Shown here one piece after another: positions 17,599 to 25,734 of a stretch of DNA of 64,000 nucleotides. The notes beneath the pieces are model-generated. The model did not search any database and was not told the DNA's origin. It was given only the letters and a program-made list of their open reading frames with translations. Origin of the DNA: Nannocystis sp. (GTDB lineage Bacteria > Myxococcota_A > Polyangia > Nannocystales > Nannocystaceae); NCBI GenBank assembly GCA_016712315.1, contig JADJRG010000022.1:1058522-1122521 (forward strand). Direction: 5' to 3'. A program made the translations under genes and the position numbers. Numbering within the stretch: the first letter of the stretch is position 1; each line of letters opens with the position of its first letter.

Positions 17599-20500
17599 TC
17601 ACTCCGCCGAGGCCTCCGCCACCTCGACCGCCCGCCGAGCCTGCGCCGGCCGCATCACCGCGCCGGCCGCCATCATCGACACCAATTCCCCGTCCACCTC
17701 CGTCAGCAGCCGTTCCCGACAGAACCAGTGATCAGGCACAGCCGCCCCCAGCAGCCCCTCGACCACCTCACGTGGCCGCGCGCCCCCGTCGCCGCTCCCC
17801 AAGTTCAGCCGCAGCATCAGCGCCCCCCGCTCGCGGTCCACCCGAGCCGACAAGATCCGCCCACGCGCGTCCACCACCCGCGGCGCCTCGTTCTTACTCC
17901 GCCCTGGTTTCCCGCCTGAGCGTCGCACCACCGGCAGCTCGGCCGCCGCCAAGCTCGCCATCAGCTTCTGCTCCGCCGCTGCCACCCCCTCCGGGTCCAG
18001 CGTCACCGCGTACTCTGCCGCCGCGATCATCTCCCCGATCCGCTTCTCGCCTGGCCCCACCAGCCGCAGCCCCACGATCTCCAGCCCGGGGGGCGCCACC
18101 GCGCGAAGTCGCGCCTCCAGCGCTGCCCCGATCTCCGCCCGCTGCGCCGCGCTCCAGCCCCCTGTCATATCCGCCAGGGCGTCCGCCACGATCAGATCGA
18201 TCTCCACAACCTCCTCGAGCGCGGCTGTCCCGAGGGGCAGGGCGGGACCGAAGCTCATCCGCGGCACTGGGTTGAAGCCTCGCGTGAACGCCACCTCCAG
18301 CCCTGCGCGCCGCAGCATGCGCGGGATCACCCGCAGCAGGTCCAGGTGGCCCATAAACGCCATCGCCCCTTGTTTCGTAAAAAACACCCGAGCCCGGCTA
18401 TACGGCGCCTCCGCCGCCTCCTTGAACGCCGAATCCGCCGCCAAATTGGAGCGCCCGGTCAGCCCGGTCAGCCCGCTCGGCCGCCCCTCCTTCACCCGGC
18501 TCACCAGCCGCTCCGCCGGGATGAACTCCTCGCCCAGCAGCGGCGGATCCGCCGTCCCATCCTCTAGATCCTCCGCGTCATCCGCCGCCAGCGCCCACGC
18601 CTCGGCCGCCGCCGCCTCGCGCTCCTGGCGCGCCTCTCGGAGCCGATTCAGCTCACGCAGCGCGACCAGCCGCTCGCCGCGCATCTCGCTCATATCGCAG
18701 GCGATCCCGCAGTCGTAGCAGACCAGCCGTCGCTGCTCCGCCGCCGCGTCCGCCTCGTTCGTGTGGTGCACCTTCGCCCCGAACGGCTTCCCGCACGGCG
18801 GCGAGCTGCGCCCCTTCAGCGCCTTACGGTACTCGCTCGCCAAGAAGTCCGGATCCAGCCCCATGTCCAGGTGGTCCCACGGCAGCCGCGCGTCCACCGG
18901 GATCGTCCTCGTATACCGCTCCGGCTCGATCCCTGCCGCTTGCAGCGCCGCCAGCCAGCGGTCGAACGAGAACACCTCTTTCCACCCGTCGAAGCGCGCA
19001 CCTGCCCGATAGGCCAGCTCAAGCGCCTCCCCCATCCGCCGGTCGCCGCGCGCGAACAGGCACTCCAGCCAGCTCTCGCGCGGCGCGTGCGTCTTCAGGC
19101 TCAGCTTGTAGCGGCGCGCCAGCCCCTTGAGCAGATCGATCTTCCCATAAAGATCCTCCACCGACTCCATCGCCGCCCATTGGAACGGCGTATGAGGCTT
19201 CGGCACGTGCTGCGACACGGACACCGTCACCGTCGGCATCCTCGCCACCCGCATCTCCCGGGCCACCTCGCGCACTCGGTTCCCCGTCTCCGCGATCCCG
19301 ACCACGTCCTCCTCGGTCTCGGTCGGCAGCCCCATGATGAAGTACATCTTGATCCGGTCGTAGCCGCGCTCGAAGATCCGCCGCGCCGACGCCAGGATGT
19401 CCTCGTCGCTGACGTTCTTGTTGATCACGTCGCGCATCCGCTGCGTGCCTGCTTCTGGCGCGAAGGTCAGGCCGCTGATGCCCACCGTCTTGATCGCGTC
19501 GAGCAGCTCGTTGTTCAGCCCGTACGCGCGCAGGCTCGCCACCCCCAGCTTCACCTTCCGCTTGTACAGCTCCGGCACCAGCTCCTTGATCAGCGGATCG
19601 ATACAAGACACGTCGGCCGTGCTCAGCGCTGTCAGGCTCGTCTCGGAGAACCCGCCCTTGTCCACCCCTTCCAGCACCGCCTTCACCACCGCCGCCGGCG
19701 ATCGCTCCCGCACCGGCCGATAGATGATCCCCGCCTGGCAGAAGCGGCACCCCTCCGTGCACCCGCGCGTGATCTCCACCGCCGCGCGATCGAAGATCGC
19801 CTCCGCGTACGGCACCGGGAATTCTGTCGGGAACGGGAACTGATCCAGATCGCGCACCCACACCCGCTCCACCCGCTCAGGCGCCCCAGCGGCCACCCCA
19901 GCGGCGCTGCGCCCGATCACCACCTCGAGCTCCGATCGCGGGTCCACCGCGACCTCATAGAATTCTGGCACATAGATCCCTGGCAGCTTGACCGCCGCCG
20001 CCAGCACCGCCGCGCGCGACGCCCCTGCCCGCCGCAGCCCGCCGATCGTCCGCAGCAGCGCCGGCAGCACCTCCTCCGCCTCGCCCACCAGAAAAAGATC
20101 CACGAACGAGCTCAGCGGCTCTGGGTGTGTCGCCGTCGGCCCGCCCGCGATCACGATCGGATCGTGATCACCGCGGTCACGCGAGCGGATCGGGATCCCC
20201 CCCAGCTCCAGGTTCAGCAGCACGTTCGAGTAGCTCAGCTCGTACTGGAGGCTCACCCCCACCACGTCGAAGTCGCGCAGCGGCCGCTGGCTCTCCATGC
20301 TGATCAGCGGCAGGCCTCGCGCCCGCAGCTCCGCCTCCATATCGCTCCACGGGCTGAACGCCCGCTCGCACGCCAGATCGGGGGCCTTATTGATCAGCGA
20401 GTACAAGATCCGCGTGCCCAAGTGGCTCATCCCGATCTCGTAGATGTCGGGGAACGCCAGCACGAAGCGGCACGTGAGCGGCTCCGACCACGGCTTACAG

Positions 20501-20634
20501 ATCTGCTGCTCCTCACCGCCGAGGTAGCGGCCGGGCTTGCTCACGCGCGCGAGAAAGCCCGCGTACGGGTGTGAAGAAGCCGCGCCGAGGGCCGCCTTTG
20601 CGATCCGGTCTTGGACTGAAGTCTCGTCGAACAT
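17599..20634 (-). CDS. Large fused radical SAM protein: B12-binding-like N-terminal region, radical SAM core (CTEGCRFCQAG), and a C-terminal radical-SAM-linked (DUF2344-like) domain
   Basis: ORF 17599..20661; the likely start is ATG 20634 (MFDETSVQDRIAKAAL…KPGRYLGGEE, resembling the N-terminus of TIGR03960-type proteins). CxxxCxxC cluster present; 1011 aa. Confidence 0.8.
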   Translation of the reverse strand: MFDETSVQDRIAKAALGAASSHPYAGFLARVSKPGRYLGGEEQQICKPWSEPLTCRFVLAFPDIYEIGMSHLGTRILYSLINKAPDLACERAFSPWSDMEAELRARGLPLISMESQRPLRDFDVVGVSLQYELSYSNVLLNLELGGIPIRSRDRGDHDPIVIAGGPTATHPEPLSSFVDLFLVGEAEEVLPALLRTIGGLRRAGASRAAVLAAAVKLPGIYVPEFYEVAVDPRSELEVVIGRSAAGVAAGAPERVERVWVRDLDQFPFPTEFPVPYAEAIFDRAAVEITRGCTEGCRFCQAGIIYRPVRERSPAAVVKAVLEGVDKGGFSETSLTALSTADVSCIDPLIKELVPELYKRKVKLGVASLRAYGLNNELLDAIKTVGISGLTFAPEAGTQRMRDVINKNVSDEDILASARRIFERGYDRIKMYFIMGLPTETEEDVVGIAETGNRVREVAREMRVARMPTVTVSVSQHVPKPHTPFQWAAMESVEDLYGKIDLLKGLARRYKLSLKTHAPRESWLECLFARGDRRMGEALELAYRAGARFDGWKEVFSFDRWLAALQAAGIEPERYTRTIPVDARLPWDHLDMGLDPDFLASEYRKALKGRSSPPCGKPFGAKVHHTNEADAAAEQRRLVCYDCGIACDMSEMRGERLVALRELNRLREARQEREAAAAEAWALAADDAEDLEDGTADPPLLGEEFIPAERLVSRVKEGRPSGLTGLTGRSNLAADSAFKEAAEAPYSRARVFFTKQGAMAFMGHLDLLRVIPRMLRRAGLEVAFTRGFNPVPRMSFGPALPLGTAALEEVVEIDLIVADALADMTGGWSAAQRAEIGAALEARLRAVAPPGLEIVGLRLVGPGEKRIGEMIAAAEYAVTLDPEGVAAAEQKLMASLAAAELPVVRRSGGKPGRSKNEAPRVVDARGRILSARVDRERGALMLRLNLGSGDGGARPREVVEGLLGAAVPDHWFCRERLLTEVDGELVSMMAAGAVMRPAQARRAVEVAEASAE

Positions 20635-20774
20635 GACCTTCGGGCAGGTGTGCCACAACAACCATCAAAGGTCACCCGTAGCCGCCCGCGCCTCGCGCTC
20701 CTCCAAGCGAGGACGCTCGTCGCGCCTCACCGCCGCCCTTGCCGCCCGCGCTCTGGGCGTTACCATGCCCGCTC

Positions 20775-21758
20775 GTGAAGGACCTCTACGACTCCTTGGG
20801 CGTCTCCAAGACCGCCGACGCGGCCGAGATCAAGCGCGCCTACCGCAAGCTCACCCAGCAGTTTCACCCGGACAAGAACCCGGGCGACAAGGCCGCTGAG
20901 GAGCGCTTTAAGGACATCTCCGTCGCCTACGAAGTCATCGGCGACCCAGACAAGCGCAAGCTCTACGACGAGTTCGGTGAGATCAGCCTCACGCAAGGCT
21001 TTGATCCTGCCCGCGCCCGCGCCTACAAGCAGGCCCGCGGCGGCTTCCCTGGCGGCGCGGGCGGCGGCCGCGGCGCCCCTGGCTTCGGCGGCAGCTACGG
21101 CTTCTCCAGCTCCTCGGACGCCCGCGGAGCCTCCTTCGACGACATCCTCTCCCAACTCTTCGGCGGAGGCCGCGTCCGCGACGCCGACGATCTCTTCGGC
21201 GCGCAGGGCCGCGGCGGCCCGCGGCAGCCCACCACCCAAGACATCAGCGGCGAGATCACCATCGACTTCACCGACGCCTTGCTCGGCGCCACCGTCCCCT
21301 TGCGGATCGAGTCTCGCGGCGGCGCGGCGCGCACCCTCGACGTCAAGGTCCCGCAAGGAGTCGCCGACAACTCCAAGCTCCGCCTCCGCGGCCAAGGCAG
21401 CGGCAACCCGCCTGGCGACATCCTGCTCACCATCCGCGTCCGCGAGCACCGTCACCTCCAGCGCGACGGCAACAACCTCATCTTGCCCCTGCCAGTCACC
21501 GCCCTCGAGGCCTACCGCGGCGGCCCCATCGACGTCCCCACCCCCTGGGGTGAGCTCACCATCAAGCTCGCCCCTGGCTCTCAGAACGGCCAGACCCTCC
21601 GCCTCAAGGGCAAGGGAGTGCAAGCGCCAGGAAGGGACGCTGGCGATCTCCTCATCAAGCTCGACGTCCGCCTCCCGCGCGCCGGCGATCCAGCGCTGCT
21701 CGCCGCCCTCGAGGCCCTGCAAGCCGAAGAAGACCCGCGCGCCGGCTTCACCCTCTGA
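20775..21758 (+). CDS. DnaJ (J-domain) chaperone of the CbpA/DjlA-like class (no zinc-finger region)
   Basis: N-terminal J-domain KDLYDSLGVSKTADAAEIKRAYRKLTQQFHPDKNPGD…YEVIGDPDKRKLYD with the HPD motif. A Gly-rich linker and C-terminal DnaJ-type substrate-binding domains follow. Start is GTG 20775, within ORF 20739..21758. Confidence 0.85.
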   Translation: MKDLYDSLGVSKTADAAEIKRAYRKLTQQFHPDKNPGDKAAEERFKDISVAYEVIGDPDKRKLYDEFGEISLTQGFDPARARAYKQARGGFPGGAGGGRGAPGFGGSYGFSSSSDARGASFDDILSQLFGGGRVRDADDLFGAQGRGGPRQPTTQDISGEITIDFTDALLGATVPLRIESRGGAARTLDVKVPQGVADNSKLRLRGQGSGNPPGDILLTIRVREHRHLQRDGNNLILPLPVTALEAYRGGPIDVPTPWGELTIKLAPGSQNGQTLRLKGKGVQAPGRDAGDLLIKLDVRLPRAGDPALLAALEALQAEEDPRAGFTL

Positions 21759-21808
21759 GCGCGCAGCCGCTCACGATCGCGCCCGCCGCCCGTGCTACAC
21801 CCGAACGC

Positions 21809-22774
21809 GTGACCATCCGCCTGCCGATCGTCGACGCCGCCGCCCCCACCGAAGCGCAGCCGCAGCCGCGCCGTCGCCACCCCGAGTGGCTGCGCGTCAA
21901 GATGCCTGGCGGCGATGGTTATCGCGAGATCCACGGCAAGCTCAGGCAGCTCGGCCTCAACACCGTCTGCCAGAGCGCGAGCTGCCCCAACATCGGCGAG
22001 TGTTGGAACCACCGCGCGCTCACCATCATGATCTTGGGCGACATCTGCACCCGCTCCTGCCGCTTCTGCGACGTCAAGACCGGCCGCCCCCTGCCCGTCG
22101 ATCTCGACGAGCCCCGCCGCGTCGCCGCCATGCTCGCCCCCTTGGAGCTCACCCACACCGTCATCACCTCCGTCGATCGCGACGATCTCGCCGACGGAGG
22201 CGCCGCGATCTGGGCCGCCACCCTCGAGGCCTGTCATCGCGCGGCGCCGAGCATGACCGTCGAGGTCTTGGTCCCCGACTTCAAGGGCGCCCTCCACGAC
22301 GTCGACACCGTGCTCGACGCGGATCCTGACGTCTTCGCCCACAACCTCGAGACCGTGCCCCGCCTCAGCCGCGAGGTCCGCGTCCAAGCCCGCTACGATC
22401 GCAGCTTCGCCGTCCTGCGCCGCGCGCGCGGGCGCGGCGCCCTCACCAAGACCGGCCTCATGCTCGGCCTCGGCGAAGAGATCGCCGAGGTCAAGGACGT
22501 CATCGATCAGCTCGGCGATCTCGGCCTCACCATCCTCACCCTCGGCCAGTACCTCCAGCCCAGCAAGAAGCACCTCGAGATCGCCCGCTACGTGCACCCC
22601 GACGAGTTCGCCGATCTCAAAGATTACGCCCTCGCTCGCGGCATCGCCCACGTCGAGAGCGGCCCGCTCGTCCGCTCCAGCTACCACGCCGAGGGCCAGG
22701 CCCAGCTCATCCGTCGTCTTCAGGCCGATCGGGGCCAGATCGGCTTCGCCAGCCTCGGCAAGCACCTCGCCTAG
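21809..22774 (+). CDS. lipA: Lipoyl synthase
   Basis: …TVCQSASCPNIGECWNHRALTIMILGDICTRSCRFCDVKTGRP… contains both LipA cysteine clusters, and the radical SAM core and C-terminal region are typical. Confidence 0.93.
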   Translation: MTIRLPIVDAAAPTEAQPQPRRRHPEWLRVKMPGGDGYREIHGKLRQLGLNTVCQSASCPNIGECWNHRALTIMILGDICTRSCRFCDVKTGRPLPVDLDEPRRVAAMLAPLELTHTVITSVDRDDLADGGAAIWAATLEACHRAAPSMTVEVLVPDFKGALHDVDTVLDADPDVFAHNLETVPRLSREVRVQARYDRSFAVLRRARGRGALTKTGLMLGLGEEIAEVKDVIDQLGDLGLTILTLGQYLQPSKKHLEIARYVHPDEFADLKDYALARGIAHVESGPLVRSSYHAEGQAQLIRRLQADRGQIGFASLGKHLA

Positions 22775-23505
22775 CCGCTCACCTGGACGATCCGGTCCTC
22801 CTCCTGGCACCACGCCGTCAGCGGCCCCCCGTACACGCAGCCCGAGTCCAGGCCGATCGTCCGGGAGCCGCGATAGAAGCCGCGGCGAGCCCAGTGCCCG
22901 TGCACCACCCGCGTCGAGCCCGTGTACAGCGCGTCCCACGGTCGATACGGCGGCGGGCAGCCCTCCGGCCCCTCGTCGTAGCGGCTGCGCTCCCCCGCGG
23001 CCGTACAGCAGCGCACGCGCGTCGCGAAGCTCACCGCCTCCGAGCGCAGCCACGCGTCGTCATGCGGCCCCGCGTTGATCGCCGCCGCCGCCGCGTGCAG
23101 ATCCAACCACCCCGGGTGCAGCCCCGCGTGCACACACCACGCGTCCGAATAACCTGCCCCTCCAGACAGGTACACAAGCACAGGCAGCGCGCGCAGGCGA
23201 GCCAGCAGCGCCTCCCCGTCGGGCGCCGCGAACAGCGCGTCCAGCGTGTCGCTCTTACGCGGCCAGCTCCCGCCGCGGGCCAGCAACGCGTACACCTCAT
23301 GGTTGCCGATCACCCCCCGCCCGCCGACATCGCGCCACAGCCGCAGCGTCGCCAGCGACTCAGGCCCGCGGTTGATCAGATCCCCCAGGCACCACAGCTC
23401 ATCGCGCCCGGGATCGAATTTGACCGCGCGCAGCAGCCGCTCGAGCGGTCGCACACAGCCCTGAAGATCGCCCACCAGCCAACGCAAAGGAGCACCTCGA
23501 TTCAC
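22771..23505 (-). CDS. Metallophosphoesterase, ApaH-like (symmetrical diadenosine tetraphosphatase / PPP-family phosphatase)
   Basis: VGDLQGC…GDLINRGPES…GNHE motifs of calcineurin-like phosphoesterases. 244 aa, GTG start at 23505. Confidence 0.75.
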   Translation of the reverse strand: MNRGAPLRWLVGDLQGCVRPLERLLRAVKFDPGRDELWCLGDLINRGPESLATLRLWRDVGGRGVIGNHEVYALLARGGSWPRKSDTLDALFAAPDGEALLARLRALPVLVYLSGGAGYSDAWCVHAGLHPGWLDLHAAAAAINAGPHDDAWLRSEAVSFATRVRCCTAAGERSRYDEGPEGCPPPYRPWDALYTGSTRVVHGHWARRGFYRGSRTIGLDSGCVYGGPLTAWCQEEDRIVQVSG

Positions 23506-23526
23506 CGACGATCAGCGCGAGCGGGC

Positions 23527-23600
23527 GCGCCTGGCAGGTCTCGAACCTGCGACCCTCGGCTTAGAAGGCCGATGCTCTATCCGGCTGAGCTACAGGCGCG
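23527..23600 (-). tRNA. tRNA-Arg (anticodon TCT)
   Basis: Reverse complement GCGCCTGTAGCTCAGCCGGATAGAGCATCGGCCTTCTAAGCCGAGGGTCGCAGGTTCGAGACCTGCCAGGCGCG folds as a cloverleaf. It has a 7-bp acceptor stem, a D-arm GCTC/GAGC, the anticodon loop CTTCTAA and a T-arm GCAGG-TTCGAGA-CCTGC. Confidence 0.9.
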
Positions 23601-23603
23601 AGT

Positions 23604-23679
23604 GGTCGGGGCGAGAGGATTCGAACCTCCGGCATCCTGCTCCCAAAGCAGGCGCGCTACCAGGCTGCGCTACGCCCCG
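23604..23679 (-). tRNA. tRNA-Pro (anticodon TGG), 3'-CCA encoded
   Basis: Reverse complement CGGGGCGTAGCGCAGCCTGGTAGCGCGCCTGCTTTGGGAGCAGGATGCCGGAGGTTCGAATCCTCTCGCCCCGACCA. It has a 7-bp acceptor stem, the anticodon loop TTTGGGA and a T-loop TTCGAAT. Confidence 0.9.
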
Positions 23680-23734
23680 AAGGCCCGCGGACATACCGCA
23701 AAAGCCCCTGCCGCGTCCAGCCCTTCACCGCCTG

Positions 23735-24394
23735 TTACGCTCGCGGCAGCAGCTCGGGCAGCGCCGCCAGCAGCGCCTGCGTCGCCGCCCCGCGGTGAGA
23801 GCGCGCCCCTTTGGCCTCTGCGCTCAGCTCTGCCACCGTACGCGCGCCACCATCGAGCCAGAAGTGCGGATCATACCCAAACCCTCCCTCACCGCGCCGG
23901 GCCGCCCGCACCTCCCCGTGCCAGCGCCCTTCAAAGCAGCGCACCGGCTCGCCGCCCGCCAGCGGCCCCCCGTCGACCCTGCGCAGCGCCAGCACGCACA
24001 CATAGTGCGCCGCCGAGCGATCGAGCCCCAAGCTCGCCAGCGCCGCCACCAGCCGCGCGTTGTTCTCCGCGTCGGTCGCCCCTGGCCCCGCGAAGCGCGC
24101 CGAGAGCACCCCAGGTGCCCCCTCGAGCGCGTCCACACAGATCCCTGAGTCATCCGCGAGCACCAGCGACTCGCCCTCCAGCCCGCGCTCCTCCAGCCAC
24201 CCGGCGAAGCCACGCGCCTTCAGGATCGCGTTCCCGCGGAACGTCGAGGCGTCCTCCACGATCGCCGGCAGCGCGCCGAGCTCGCTCGCCGCGCTCACGC
24301 GGAGCGGCAGCCCTGCGGCCGCCACCAACCGCGCCAGCTCCGCGACCTTGTGGAGGTTCCCGGAGGCCAACACCAGCCGCCGAGCCGCGCTCAC
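23735..24394 (-). CDS. rdgB: Non-canonical purine NTP pyrophosphatase (dITP/XTPase, Ham1/RdgB family)
   Basis: Begins with a GTG start overlapping the rph stop (GTGA). VSAARRLVLASGNLHKVAEL… resembles the Ham1 N-terminus. The C-terminus carries …FGYDPHFWL…SHRG. It is the 3' part of ORF 23735..24790. Confidence 0.85.
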   Translation of the reverse strand: MSAARRLVLASGNLHKVAELARLVAAAGLPLRVSAASELGALPAIVEDASTFRGNAILKARGFAGWLEERGLEGESLVLADDSGICVDALEGAPGVLSARFAGPGATDAENNARLVAALASLGLDRSAAHYVCVLALRRVDGGPLAGGEPVRCFEGRWHGEVRAARRGEGGFGYDPHFWLDGGARTVAELSAEAKGARSHRGAATQALLAALPELLPRA

Positions 24395-25119
24395 ATCGCC
24401 TCCGCCAGCGCCTGCTGCTGCAGCACGAACAGCGCCTCGCACCCGATCTCCGCCAAGTCCAGCATCGCCGCCAGCTCTGGCCGAGAGAACGTCCCCTGCT
24501 CCCCCGTCCCTTGCACCTCCACCAGCCCGCCGGAGCCGAGCTGCACCACGTTCAGATCCACCGCAGCGCGGCTGTCCTCCGCATAGGGCAAGTCCAGCAT
24601 CGCCACCGGCGCCGCCGAGTCTAGCGCCACCATGCCCACCGACACCGCCGCCACCGGCGCGAGGATCGCCTCTCCGACCAGCAGCCCCTGCGTCCGCAGC
24701 CGCCGCAGCGCGATCGCCAGCGCCACAAAGCCCCCCGTGATCGCCGCCGTCCGCGTCCCGCCGTCCGCCTCGATCACATCGCAGTCGCACACCAGCGACA
24801 GCCCCCCGCTCGGCCCGACGAGCCGCTTCAAATCGATCGCCGCCCGCAGCGAGCGGCCGACAAGGCGCTGGATCTCCTTGCCGCGCCCGCCGGGATCTCT
24901 GCGTCCACGCGGCGAAGTCGCCCCTGGCAACATCGAGTACTCCGCCGTCACCCAGCCGCCGCTCGTCAGCCAGCTCGGCGCCCGTGGCTCCAGGCTCGCC
25001 GTACAGATCACCCGGGTCCGCCCCGCCGTGATCAGCGCCGAACCCAGCGCTTGGCCGATGAACCCCGGTGAGATCGAATAGGAGCGAAGCTCATCAAACC
25101 GCCGGCCGTCCGCGCGCAT
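24391..25119 (-). CDS. rph: Ribonuclease PH
   Basis: MRADGRRFDELRSYSISPGF…GGTRTAAITG…VDLNVV… is the canonical RNase PH. Start is ATG 25119 inside ORF 24391..25410. Conserved rph-rdgB pairing. Confidence 0.92.
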   Translation of the reverse strand: MRADGRRFDELRSYSISPGFIGQALGSALITAGRTRVICTASLEPRAPSWLTSGGWVTAEYSMLPGATSPRGRRDPGGRGKEIQRLVGRSLRAAIDLKRLVGPSGGLSLVCDCDVIEADGGTRTAAITGGFVALAIALRRLRTQGLLVGEAILAPVAAVSVGMVALDSAAPVAMLDLPYAEDSRAAVDLNVVQLGSGGLVEVQGTGEQGTFSRPELAAMLDLAEIGCEALFVLQQQALAEAM

Positions 25120-25216
25120 GCGCGACCCTAGCGATCCTTGGAACCAAAAAACAAGGCGCTCCTTGAAGCGCCTCGTCCAGGAGGCCCGAGAGGGCCCGAT
25201 CGTTGGGAAAGAAAGC

Positions 25217-25435
25217 TCACTCCGCGGCGGGAGCGGCAGGTGCTTCTTCCTTCTTTGCCTCGGCGGGAGCTTCTTCCTTCTTCTCCTCGGCGGGCTTCGC
25301 GGCCTCGTCCTTCTTCTCTTCGGGCTTCGCCTCTTCTTTCTTGGGGTCCTCCTTCTTGGCGTCGCCGCCGCAGGCAGGAGCAGTGAAAGAAAGTGCGGTA
25401 AGCGCCGCAACCAGGAACTTGCTGTTGAGCTTCAT
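25217..25435 (-). CDS. Small secreted lipoprotein with Lys/Glu/Pro-rich repeats (72 aa)
   Basis: MKLNSKFLVAALTALSFTAPAC (lipobox) followed by the low-complexity GGDAKKEDPKKEEAKPEEKK…. Confidence 0.6.
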   Translation of the reverse strand: MKLNSKFLVAALTALSFTAPACGGDAKKEDPKKEEAKPEEKKDEAAKPAEEKKEEAPAEAKKEEAPAAPAAE

Positions 25436-25734
25436 GAGCGGGTCTCCTACCGACCGGATTCACGGTTCGGATCGTCTGCGGACGATACGCCACGATGAGG
25501 CAAATTCACAATATTCCGCAGCTACACGCCCCTGGCGCCCCTTCCTGCGCGAGAGCGCGCCCGGCCTGCGCGCTCTCGCACCGTCACCACGAACGCCAAC
25601 GCCCTGGCCACGCCGCTTAAACCACCAAAAATCCACAAAAAAACCAAAACTGCTCCACACCGTGGGGAAGCTCAAAGAGCGCACCCTCGCCCGTGCTGGC
25701 GCCCTGGCCGCCCCCCCTCCTATCCTCCCGGCCC

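Noticed and set aside
20760-23053. Long minus-strand ORFs 20760..21722 and 21581..23053, antisense to the DnaJ-like and lipA genes
   Set aside because: lipA and the J-domain protein are unambiguous on the plus strand; the antisense ORFs are Ala/Gly/Asp-rich artefacts.
23527-23679. tRNA-Arg/tRNA-Pro pair as a genomic-island integration site
   Set aside because: The genes on both sides (metallophosphoesterase/lipA and rdgB/rph) are ordinary housekeeping genes. No integrase or direct repeat of a tRNA 3' end was seen.
22894-24624. 576-aa plus-strand ORF spanning the two tRNA genes and rdgB
   Set aside because: It runs straight through the tRNA-Arg and tRNA-Pro genes and is Arg/Pro/Ala low-complexity; the real genes here are on the minus strand.
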